The notes under the pieces: generated by a model | Database searches by the model: none | What the model was told of the DNA's origin: nothing | The model's input: only the letters and a program-made list of their open reading frames with translations | Position numbers and translations under genes: made by a program | In this document: piece by piece, positions 24,635 to 33,622 of the stretch | Numbering within the stretch: position 1 is the stretch's first letter | How the letters are laid out: every line of letters starts with the position of its first letter | Origin: a virus | Taxonomy: Duplodnaviria > Caudoviricetes | IMG/VR virus record: IMGVR_UViG_3300038314_001003 | Coordinates: 1-34,806 of that record | Direction: 5' to 3' (one strand) | Length of the DNA: 34,806 bases

Positions 24635-27600
24635 ATGGCCAAAATCTCTTTAGATTCTTTATCACCCGCTGATAAACAAAATGTTTATGCTAATGCTATT
24701 GTCAAATTAAAAGAGACTAATGATCCTCTTTTTGATGAAGCTAGAGAATGGTATCTTCAGACATATCTAGGTGAGCAACCACAAGAAGTTCAAGATAGAA
24801 ATATAGCTGTAGAATTCGAATCTATGTCGTCTCCACCTAGACCTACATACGCTGAGCATTTAGAAGATAAATACGACGTGTGGAGAGTCAATAAACCTGG
24901 TTGGGCGCAAAGCATCTTACCACAAGATATCATAGGTGAGAGCTCTGGTGGAGCAATTGGAACACAACTACTAAACACGTACGGTGGTACACAATACGGC
25001 GCAGCTGACTCCGCCTGGATGGAACCGAAACCTAATTTTTATCCATCTGCTCCATTACCATTCCAACCTTATCCTGAATATGATGCGACTATGTCGCAGT
25101 CAGCAGGCGCACCTTCACCTCTCGAAGCACCTATGAGGCAATTTGTTGGTACTACTGGTCCTGAACCTATAATTGATCCTACTCCATTTAAATCAGAATG
25201 GGAGCAACAATATGGTAAGCCGGGTATGCTTTCAGGTTATGAAGAGGGTGGTGGTATTTTACCTGATAGACCAAGAGAAGCTCTTGAAGGCCTTATAAGG
25301 GGTGGAGCGAATCTTACTGGCTCTGCATTAACATACGCAGAGATGTTAGAGAAAAGATTACCTGAGTTTATGCAGGATCCTAGGGGTGTTGGTGGGTTAG
25401 AAAGAAACAATCTAGAACTTGCCGAAGATATTGAACGTTGGGGTGAAGAGCAGTTCTCTGCACAACCAAGATCACGTGTTAGCCCCGCAAGAGATCCATC
25501 GGTTTTAGGTGATCCAGATTGGTGGATTGGTAATATTACAGAGACATTACCATCGACCGCTGTTCCTATGGTAGCCGCGCTAAAAGTTGCTAGATTAAAG
25601 AGTTTAATCGAAAGACCTAAACTAGCACGTGCACTAGCATTAGGTACAGCAGGCGTTATAGCTGGTCCATTAGAAGGCTCGCAAACATATAAACAAATGC
25701 TTGCAATGGGAGAGTCTGAAGAGGATGCTGCTAAGGCAGCTTTATTATCATCTGCTGTAATTGGCGCATTGAATACTGTAGGTGCTATGGGTTGGCTTAG
25801 ACCGCGAATGAAAACTCGTCTGTCTAATGCGTTACAAGGCGCGTTATCTGAATCTGTTACAGAAATGTTAGAAGAACCCGCTGAAGATTTAATCATATCA
25901 CATATAACTGGTGAACCTGTTGACTGGAAAAAAACCTTTGAAGGTATGGCACATGTTGGGCCTGTAGCAAGTGTTTTAGGTGGTGGTATGGCATCTATTC
26001 AAACACCAGCTATAGGTCGTGAAAGAAGTCAAAAATTAGCACAGGATAAAATAGAAGTTTTAGCTGATAAACTTGGATTAAATATTGGTGAGGATATAAT
26101 TTTCACTGATGAACCTATACTTGATGAAGATGGAAGGGCACAACCAGGAGTGCGCAGACCGGATGGTAAAATCTATATAAATACCCAAACTATATATGAT
26201 AGCAGTGATGGTAGCGTTTCAGGTGTAGAAGCGGTTGCTTTACGCACGATTTTCCATGAAACTATACACACTAAAGTAGGTCCATTAAAGCAAGTATTTG
26301 AAGATAATGAACAAGAAATTTTAGATTGGCTTGCATCTGATCAAGGTATGTTATATCGAACAGAAACTGGATTCAACCCTACAACAAGAACAGTAAAAGA
26401 TCCTGTGCAAGCAGCTGATGAATGGATTGCTAATTCTGGACAAGACGATTATAAGATATCAAGAAAGATTGAATTAGCATTTAGAAATTTCGTAAACAAG
26501 CGAATTAGTAAAGAAGCCCAAGGTAAATTTTGGAAGAGCACGACAGCTAGAAATTTGGCTCGAGATTACTTAAAGAGTCAGAGACCAGCTCCTGTAGAAG
26601 CAGTACCAACAGAACCTGTTGAGCCAGTTGTAGATGCAACTCCGGATACATCAAAGGCTGACTTTGAAGCGGCAGTAGCAGAACGACAATTACAAGAAAC
26701 AATACTAGATGAGCAAGCAGCCAGTCTAGAAAGATCTACACTTGGTGATACACGTTTTGCTAAAGGTAGAGGAAAGTTAGAAAGTCCAGAACGACGTAAG
26801 TTTATACAGCAAGCAGCAGGCGCTGCAGCTGGTATTGCTGCAGATCCTAGAATGATCTTAGAACCTGCCACTCCTGAAGCAATAGAAGCTCCAATGTATA
26901 CAGGCATGACAGAACAGTTGCCTGGCTCTATATATGAATTCTCTATTGCTACCGACCCCTATGCTGGGGCAACAAGCGTAGAAGATCCAGGCGAAACCGC
27001 TTTGGATGTTGCGTATACCCATAATCCTAATACTAACGAAGTTACGGTATATGAAGGTAGTGAAGCTGTCCATACATTTGAAGTCGATGATACACATGCT
27101 GATGCTGAAGTTTTATTGGATCTTGAAAAGAGATATGGTCGTGAAAATATCAATGATGCTCGAGTACAACGCGAAGAGATGGAGAGAGACCCTGTTACTG
27201 GAGAGGGAGGTTTTGATTATTGGGGTAATGCTGACGAACGCTTTGACAACATGGCAATGGATCTTATACAAGGTGAGAAGACTATGGGGGGTGTGGAGAG
27301 GATTGAGCCTACTGTTCAACTAGAGGCACCTTTCGAAGAAGCACCAACACCAAGAGAGCGGATTGAAGCTAAAGAAAAGACAGATGCAGAGTTATATGTA
27401 GAAACTATTGATGAGATAATGAGTATCTACGATACTGATGCTACAGCTGCAGAAGCTGCACAAGATGGTACACTGAACGATCGTATTATTTCGTATGCAG
27501 TAGAAACACCATTTACTAGAGAAGAACTTTGGGAAGGTGTAAATCAACGTATAGAAGCGCTTGAAGATACTACAACGCGCTATGCTAAACGTGCTGCAGA

Positions 27601-30600
27601 CATGACAGAAGCTGAAAAACTTAATCGTGATGTCAGGTATGATTTTTCAAGAGGTCCATACAAGGAGATCGTAGGTAGAGAAGACGAAGCAGAGATACGA
27701 GCACGTATCAAGCGTCTTGGAAACCTGTATGGTCCGATGGGTCAAACGCGTGGTATAGAACCTGGTGATAGAGCTACAGCTAAAGAACAAGCACAAAATG
27801 CTATAGATAATGTCGATGCCTTCGAGGAGTTTATGGCTCCGTTTGAAGAGCAGATGAAGACTCAACCCGCAAGGTCTAAAACAGCAGCTGGTAGACAAGA
27901 GAAATACGCAAAGGATAAGGGTATTACTGTTGCTGATATTCTTGTTTATAGGAAAAGAGGCACAATCCATCCGATGGAAAAGAAGATGTCTTATTCTTTC
28001 GCAATGGATGAGATCAATCGACTAGAAGAAGTTGGTGAAGCTACTGCAGAAGAGGCAGAAGCTCGCCGTAGAGCACTTAACGATTTACGCAACCAGTTAG
28101 GCGGTAAGATGCCTCCAGGTGCTAAGCGTAGAGCTACTGAGATTGCATATGGTATAGGTGATTATGCAAATCTAGAAGCATGGGCTTATACAGAAGCTGA
28201 AACTACAGGCATGGAAGAGCGTGCAGAGGTAGCACGAGGTAAAGAACGTGTTCGTGGTCTTAAACGCACAGAGAAGACAGAACAAGAACTAGAAGAGATA
28301 ACTGGTACAGATGTTACACCTACAGAAATGTTACAAGTAGCAGCAATGCGAGAAATGGAGTCATTCGATCATTTAAAAACCGATGAAGCTCGTTTGCGTT
28401 GGATTCGTGAGAAAGAAGCTATGCCTGCCTCTGAGAGAGATGCATTAGATACTTTCATGCGTGATATACGTGGTTGGGATGAGTCAGCATATGAAGCCCA
28501 GTTAGAAGCAGAGAGAGCAGCACAAGTAAAGAAGGTTGGTGTTACTAAGGTAAAACAGACTGCTGCACAACGTAAAGCAGAACTCAAGGAGATGAAAGAA
28601 GCTCAAGCTCCTATAGAGAAGCGTAAGCATGTACAGGTAGAGCCTGATTTCTTCGACACACTCGTGGATACCAACTTTACTGTACAGGGTGAATCCGTGC
28701 CTGAAGGGTTTATGGAGCTCACAGAAGAAGGTGAAGTGGCAGAAGCTACAGACTCGGACACTAGATATGCAAAGCGTGACGCAGAAAGAAATGCTAAACT
28801 AATAAACAAAGGTGGTGTTGCTGTTATTATTAATGATATGGATTCTATTTTCGATGACGCGTTGGAACAAGGATTATCATATGATAAATTAGTTGACAAA
28901 ATGATAGCTTGGGAAAGGGAGAGGATAGGTCCAAGTGGTAAACTAGATCCTGAAGCCGCTTGGAATCGCCAAATGTATATACGTAATAACGACGAGTTGC
29001 GGGCTTACGCTGCCGCCAAAAGAAGCGAATATCAAGAATTACTAGAAGAAGAAAAAGTTGACGCTTCTCGAGAAACGATGCCGAAAAAAGTAAAGGACCT
29101 GTTAAAAAAGCATGATCTATTTAAGCAAGGTAAATTTTGGAATAACCAAGGTAACTCTCGAAAGAATGTGTTTTCTATACCGCAATATTCTAGAATTTTA
29201 TATAGGGTTTTAAACGGTGAAAGCGCGGGTACAGATATAGATAGAGCCGTGCAAGAACGATTAAGTCCTGAAAGCAAGGACATAAGTTTCATGGGCAATG
29301 CTAGAACAAGCCTTAACAAGGAAGATGAAAACCCCCTTGTAGTAGATCATGTAGCGGAATTAGTTACTCCAGGTCAAAGAAAAAAGGTAACGACTATTAT
29401 TCCTTTTCCAGATACAAAAGGTACATTTGGGCGTGATGTAACTGCAGATTTATTGCTTGTAACAAAACCTTTGCATGACATGAAAACTGCCTTTGTAAAT
29501 AAAACTAAATATGGCGGCAGTGAAGAACGACAAGATCGATATGATTCGTATACTGCTATGTTAGATTTCATGCAAACAGATACTTTAGAGGCAAGACTTT
29601 TAAATAAAAAGTATGCTGATAAATTTGGTATAACAGAAGAGCAGTTGATAGCCAAAGTTAAAAAATATCTAGAAACAACGAAAGGAGAAGGTGCTCTTTT
29701 TGCTAAAATATTGAAAGCTCACAACGAGTGGCACGGCACAACGGCTAGTGAAGCTGCTGAAAAAGTAGCGGCAGAGTTAGATAGCGCGCTTATAAAAAAA
29801 CCTGCACTTCTAAAAGAGTTTGAATCAACAATAACGCGCTATGCTAAGCGAGCAAAAGGCGATTCATACGAAGAGCACTTCAATAAGAGTTTCTGGTATA
29901 CACTAACTTCTTACCTGTGGGGTAAGCCAGTTCAGGCTATCCGTGATTTCAATAAACTATCGCGCTTCGGTCAAACTAAGGCGGATATACCTGCGGCAGA
30001 CGAGATAGCAGATGAGGTCCAGAGAGCTCACTCCTCTACACAGAGGGCTGAAGCACTAGTGTATGGTACAGACATAGTACAAGACACTTCTATCATGACT
30101 GGGCAGTTCTATACGCGCCTAGCACAGATCTTTTCAAGGGTTACGGCTAGACTTGGAGATATAGAGAAGACAGAGAATCAAATACTTGTAGATGTATTAA
30201 CGGGTAAGATTCGCATCGAAGAGATAAGTGATTTTGAAACAAGAGAAGCTGCTAAACTTCTAAAAGAATTGGTTCAAGAGGTTTATGACTATGCTAAAAA
30301 TGAGACCAAGGGATTAAAAAATCCATTAGACTTGCGCGGGCATGGTGATACACTACTGCCACGTGTGTGGAATATTGAATTTCTAGCCACCCGTAGGGGT
30401 AAGGCGAAGTTCTTGAAGGCTATCCGAGCAGCTATCACAGATCCCGCAACCGGTAGTAGTATATTAGAAGATTCTGAACTTACTGTTGAAGATTTGTTTA
30501 ACGTAGTTGTAAACAGTGGGGGCTTTGTACAGGGTGACTGGACGAATCTAAAGGCAGATCAGACCAGATCTGAAAAAGATATAGAGAGAGACATTAGAGC

Positions 30601-32230
30601 ACAAGAGTACTTAGATGCGTTGCCCACAGAATCTCTGATCGATGAAGATCTAGTGATGATTGATTTACAGGCTATCATTCCACGTTTCTTACAGAAGGCA
30701 GTAGAACGCACAGAATACTCTAAGCGTTTTGGCATTAATGATGAAATATTAAGAGCGAAAATCAAAGAAGGTCTGGAACAGATAAAGGTTCATAACGCTA
30801 AGGTACTGAAACTAGAAAAGACAGATACATCACTTACCTATATCGATCCTAGAGCTTTTGAAAAGTCTATCTGGGATATGATGCGTATCTTACGTAATAA
30901 GTACGGTTATGATATGGCCAATATGCAGACTAGAGCGTGGCTGCAGCGCGTAGTTAATTTCGAGGTTGTAGCTAAGTTACCCTTGGTAACACTAGCTTCT
31001 ATGCCAGAACTGTTCACACCTATGTTGCGTGGCGATGTACGTGCTGACAAATGGATTGTTGACCTTATGATGGGGCTCTCATGGGCTGGTTATAAGGGTA
31101 TGAATGGTATCTCCAAGCTCTTACTGAATAAACACCTTCCAGCTATGCGCAAGATGTCGAAGGACATAGGTGGTATTGGCGTTGTAAGTGATATACAGCT
31201 ACTGAGAGAGTTAGGTATAGCAGAGATTCAAGCTATGGGTGACTCTGTATCCACACGCTATGCTAACCCTAACTTCGCAAGAGGTGGTTTAAGAGCTGGC
31301 GCTAGAACCACAATAGCTGGTCGTATACCTAAGAAAGTGCGCGCTGTGTTCAATATGCAGACGTATATGCAGGCTACACTGCTAACCACGCTGACAGAAA
31401 TGCAGCAATTGATGGCTTTACGTAACTTCCAGAGGCATATGGCCAAGCGTGTGAAGTTTGTACAGAAGAATGCAGGTAAAGATTTGAAAGGCAGACGCCT
31501 TAGATTGTTCAAGCAGTTCTCTAAAGACATGGCTGACTTTGGCTTACCACAGAACATAGACCTAAGCACACCAGCAGGTGAAGCTGAGTTTAACGCTGGC
31601 GCTATACGCTTTGTAGATCAAGTTATTACAAGACCCAATGATGCGACTACTTCGAAAGCGTTTAAGAATCCTCTTACAGCACCTATATTCTTGTTCAAGA
31701 GATTCCTCACTGTGTTTGGTAACACTCTAATGACAGCTGTAGGTAACGATATAGCGACTAAGGTAGATAATGTTGAGAAGGCAAAGCAAGTAGGCAGAAT
31801 AGTTACTACTGTGGTTGCTATGTATGGTGCTGTGATGTTCGCAGAGATTATGCGTGGAGCAATCAAGGGTGATCTAGATGACGATGATATGACTGTAACA
31901 GGTGGAGACTTCAGAACATTCGTGCGTCGTGTAGATCGCACAGGTTTACTTAGTGCACCTGGAGCTATGTTGCTTAACTTATCGTTTCCCTACAAGAGAG
32001 GTTGGTGGGATTCACCAGAAGCTAGAATATGGGGAGAACTTGGTGGTCCAATAGGTGGAGACTTGTCAGCGCTTATGAAGACTGGCTTTGATCGTAGACC
32101 TGGTTCTGCACAGAGGTTGATAAGGCAGATGATACCTATGTCTAAGAAACTGATAGATCTTCCGCCGAAGAAAAAGCGTGCAAGTAAAAGTAAAACAAGA
32201 AAAGTTAAAATACCTAAGTTGACATACTAA
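24635..32230 (+). CDS. Giant internal virion / DNA-ejection protein of polyvalent-protein type with an HExxH metallopeptidase-like domain
   Basis: 2531 aa; hydrophobic Gly/Ala region with ESVTEMLEE; GKIYIN...IFHETIH...DEWIA; four TR(Y/F)AK motifs; helical C-terminal domain. Confidence 0.75.
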   Translation: MAKISLDSLSPADKQNVYANAIVKLKETNDPLFDEAREWYLQTYLGEQPQEVQDRNIAVEFESMSSPPRPTYAEHLEDKYDVWRVNKPGWAQSILPQDIIGESSGGAIGTQLLNTYGGTQYGAADSAWMEPKPNFYPSAPLPFQPYPEYDATMSQSAGAPSPLEAPMRQFVGTTGPEPIIDPTPFKSEWEQQYGKPGMLSGYEEGGGILPDRPREALEGLIRGGANLTGSALTYAEMLEKRLPEFMQDPRGVGGLERNNLELAEDIERWGEEQFSAQPRSRVSPARDPSVLGDPDWWIGNITETLPSTAVPMVAALKVARLKSLIERPKLARALALGTAGVIAGPLEGSQTYKQMLAMGESEEDAAKAALLSSAVIGALNTVGAMGWLRPRMKTRLSNALQGALSESVTEMLEEPAEDLIISHITGEPVDWKKTFEGMAHVGPVASVLGGGMASIQTPAIGRERSQKLAQDKIEVLADKLGLNIGEDIIFTDEPILDEDGRAQPGVRRPDGKIYINTQTIYDSSDGSVSGVEAVALRTIFHETIHTKVGPLKQVFEDNEQEILDWLASDQGMLYRTETGFNPTTRTVKDPVQAADEWIANSGQDDYKISRKIELAFRNFVNKRISKEAQGKFWKSTTARNLARDYLKSQRPAPVEAVPTEPVEPVVDATPDTSKADFEAAVAERQLQETILDEQAASLERSTLGDTRFAKGRGKLESPERRKFIQQAAGAAAGIAADPRMILEPATPEAIEAPMYTGMTEQLPGSIYEFSIATDPYAGATSVEDPGETALDVAYTHNPNTNEVTVYEGSEAVHTFEVDDTHADAEVLLDLEKRYGRENINDARVQREEMERDPVTGEGGFDYWGNADERFDNMAMDLIQGEKTMGGVERIEPTVQLEAPFEEAPTPRERIEAKEKTDAELYVETIDEIMSIYDTDATAAEAAQDGTLNDRIISYAVETPFTREELWEGVNQRIEALEDTTTRYAKRAADMTEAEKLNRDVRYDFSRGPYKEIVGREDEAEIRARIKRLGNLYGPMGQTRGIEPGDRATAKEQAQNAIDNVDAFEEFMAPFEEQMKTQPARSKTAAGRQEKYAKDKGITVADILVYRKRGTIHPMEKKMSYSFAMDEINRLEEVGEATAEEAEARRRALNDLRNQLGGKMPPGAKRRATEIAYGIGDYANLEAWAYTEAETTGMEERAEVARGKERVRGLKRTEKTEQELEEITGTDVTPTEMLQVAAMREMESFDHLKTDEARLRWIREKEAMPASERDALDTFMRDIRGWDESAYEAQLEAERAAQVKKVGVTKVKQTAAQRKAELKEMKEAQAPIEKRKHVQVEPDFFDTLVDTNFTVQGESVPEGFMELTEEGEVAEATDSDTRYAKRDAERNAKLINKGGVAVIINDMDSIFDDALEQGLSYDKLVDKMIAWERERIGPSGKLDPEAAWNRQMYIRNNDELRAYAAAKRSEYQELLEEEKVDASRETMPKKVKDLLKKHDLFKQGKFWNNQGNSRKNVFSIPQYSRILYRVLNGESAGTDIDRAVQERLSPESKDISFMGNARTSLNKEDENPLVVDHVAELVTPGQRKKVTTIIPFPDTKGTFGRDVTADLLLVTKPLHDMKTAFVNKTKYGGSEERQDRYDSYTAMLDFMQTDTLEARLLNKKYADKFGITEEQLIAKVKKYLETTKGEGALFAKILKAHNEWHGTTASEAAEKVAAELDSALIKKPALLKEFESTITRYAKRAKGDSYEEHFNKSFWYTLTSYLWGKPVQAIRDFNKLSRFGQTKADIPAADEIADEVQRAHSSTQRAEALVYGTDIVQDTSIMTGQFYTRLAQIFSRVTARLGDIEKTENQILVDVLTGKIRIEEISDFETREAAKLLKELVQEVYDYAKNETKGLKNPLDLRGHGDTLLPRVWNIEFLATRRGKAKFLKAIRAAITDPATGSSILEDSELTVEDLFNVVVNSGGFVQGDWTNLKADQTRSEKDIERDIRAQEYLDALPTESLIDEDLVMIDLQAIIPRFLQKAVERTEYSKRFGINDEILRAKIKEGLEQIKVHNAKVLKLEKTDTSLTYIDPRAFEKSIWDMMRILRNKYGYDMANMQTRAWLQRVVNFEVVAKLPLVTLASMPELFTPMLRGDVRADKWIVDLMMGLSWAGYKGMNGISKLLLNKHLPAMRKMSKDIGGIGVVSDIQLLRELGIAEIQAMGDSVSTRYANPNFARGGLRAGARTTIAGRIPKKVRAVFNMQTYMQATLLTTLTEMQQLMALRNFQRHMAKRVKFVQKNAGKDLKGRRLRLFKQFSKDMADFGLPQNIDLSTPAGEAEFNAGAIRFVDQVITRPNDATTSKAFKNPLTAPIFLFKRFLTVFGNTLMTAVGNDIATKVDNVEKAKQVGRIVTTVVAMYGAVMFAEIMRGAIKGDLDDDDMTVTGGDFRTFVRRVDRTGLLSAPGAMLLNLSFPYKRGWWDSPEARIWGELGGPIGGDLSALMKTGFDRRPGSAQRLIRQMIPMSKKLIDLPPKKKRASKSKTRKVKIPKLTY

Positions 32231-33018
32231 TGGCTTACGATATCCCAGCAGCAACAATGGCACAGCTAGCAGGTTCTTCTGCTGGAGCGCCAGATTTTAA
32301 GAAGTTTGGAGCTGACTTAACATCTGGGGTTATTACAGGTGGTAAACAGAAGAGGTTGAATGCTGAAGAATATGCTAATCAAAAAGCATTTGGTCCAGGT
32401 GATATAAGCGGTGCTATGCGTCAACAATCTAATATAATGTTTGCACCTCAACCTCTTCCAGGTATGGTACCAGACTTAAGTGATAAAACAGAAGATACAG
32501 AATTTCAAATGCCAAGTCAGAAGAAACAAATAGATACTCCATTAGCACCAAGTACTGCGGTTTCATTGGGTGGAACTAGTGCTGCGCCTGCAGCAGCTCC
32601 AACTGCTACTGGAGGTGGCGGAGATGATGGACCTAAAGATATAGATTATACAAATACAAGCGAAGAATATTGGAAAAGTATTGCAGAGAGTGGAAGAGCT
32701 AGCGAGGTCTGGATACCTAACTTAGAGAAGAAAGGCGGAGCAGAGGCTGTGAGTACTGTAGCCAAGAAATACCTCTCTGGTTTGGTTGGATCTAACTGGG
32801 GGACATCATCTCAAGCTGCGGCATCTAAGAAAGCGATCAACACAGCAACTCGTGATAGAGGTACAGGTGCTCGTTTGTCAGCTCCAGCTCCAGCTCCAGC
32901 ACCAGCTCCAGCACCCAAAAGAGTAGCGCCAAAAAGAGCAGCACCGAAAAGAGCAGCACCAAAAAGAGCAGCTACCCCGAGTAGATACGGTGATAGAAAT
33001 TGGGAATCAGATAGATAA
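32230..33018 (+). CDS. Low-complexity protein with histone H1-like basic tail
   Basis: TAATG coupling; AP repeats then APKR(A/V) four times. Confidence 0.75.
   Translation: MAYDIPAATMAQLAGSSAGAPDFKKFGADLTSGVITGGKQKRLNAEEYANQKAFGPGDISGAMRQQSNIMFAPQPLPGMVPDLSDKTEDTEFQMPSQKKQIDTPLAPSTAVSLGGTSAAPAAAPTATGGGGDDGPKDIDYTNTSEEYWKSIAESGRASEVWIPNLEKKGGAEAVSTVAKKYLSGLVGSNWGTSSQAAASKKAINTATRDRGTGARLSAPAPAPAPAPAPKRVAPKRAAPKRAAPKRAATPSRYGDRNWESDR
32881..32973 (+). repeat. Coding tandem repeats: 6-bp GCTCCA-type units then 15-bp GCACCAAAAAGAGCA-type units
   Basis: Directly visible. Confidence 0.9.
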
Positions 33019-33020
33019 TT

Positions 33021-33080
33021 GCTGGGCCCCGCTCTAAGAAAGCGTTGCTCCCTGCGCAAGTAAAGGGCGGGTGTCCCAGC
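33021..33080. other. Long GC-rich hairpin filling the gap between convergent operons (terminator or processing site)
   Basis: GCTGGG..CCCGCTCT / AGGGCGGG..CCCAGC; no U-tract on either strand. Confidence 0.6.
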
Positions 33081-33335
33081 TCAGAACACCTCTACAAGAT
33101 CTATATTTCCTGAAAAAGAAGTTACTCTGTGAACACAACCCTTAGGTATAGCAGTAATACCATAATATTCGTTATCAGCCCAAGTATCGGCTAACTTCAA
33201 TACTCCCTGTTCTGCCCAAGTAGATTCGTTTAGGAACCAACCGATTTGGTGAACTTTTTTAATGTCCACCTCATCGGCTGTATCCCAACTAGCTGATTGA
33301 ACGGTATCAAACCACTCAACCTTAACTAGTTTCAC
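33081..33335 (-). CDS. Conserved-looking small phage hypothetical protein (V.W.D ... GW ... IPKGC)
   Basis: GTGA overlap with the upstream gene; motif pattern. Confidence 0.75.
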   Translation of the reverse strand: MKLVKVEWFDTVQSASWDTADEVDIKKVHQIGWFLNESTWAEQGVLKLADTWADNEYYGITAIPKGCVHRVTSFSGNIDLVEVF

Positions 33336-33601
33336 GCGGCTTCTTTCTCCTCTTCAGGTTCTACCACAATATACTTTACAGTAATATTACCCTTGTCGTC
33401 CTTTTCATGCTCAGTTCGATAAGTAGTTGGTACCATCTTATAAGTAGTGAACTCTGTACCCTCGGTGGGTGGTACCGGAACTGTTAGTGAATCTAACATA
33501 CGGTCCATTACTGCGAATGGATTGCCCATTCCGTAATCTAAAGCTCGATTGAAAAAACGATCCATCGCACGAACGTGCTGGTTTTGTAGTACTAATCTCA
33601 T
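33332..33601 (-). CDS. Hypothetical protein (89 aa)
   Basis: AGGAGG RBS. Confidence 0.8.
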   Translation of the reverse strand: MRLVLQNQHVRAMDRFFNRALDYGMGNPFAVMDRMLDSLTVPVPPTEGTEFTTYKMVPTTYRTEHEKDDKGNITVKYIVVEPEEEKEAA

Positions 33602-33622
33602 AATACACCTCCTGTTACACCG

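Noticed and set aside
27690-27815. DUF2786-like helix pair (IRARIKRL...DRATAKEQA)
   Set aside because: Resemblance is too short and weak to call without a profile search.
24790-32263. Many minus-strand ORFs inside the giant gene (e.g. 25237..25896)
   Set aside because: Antisense shadows of a long coding frame, without RBS or recognisable motifs.
2736-33018. Stop-codon reassignment, introns or inteins
   Set aside because: Genes are full length under the standard code, all three stop codons are used, and no intein or homing endonuclease motifs were seen in terL, portal or the visible part of nrdJ.
33332-33601. Small heat-shock protein (Hsp20)
   Set aside because: The MDRFF..PF..MDRM start is reminiscent, but there is no alpha-crystallin domain.
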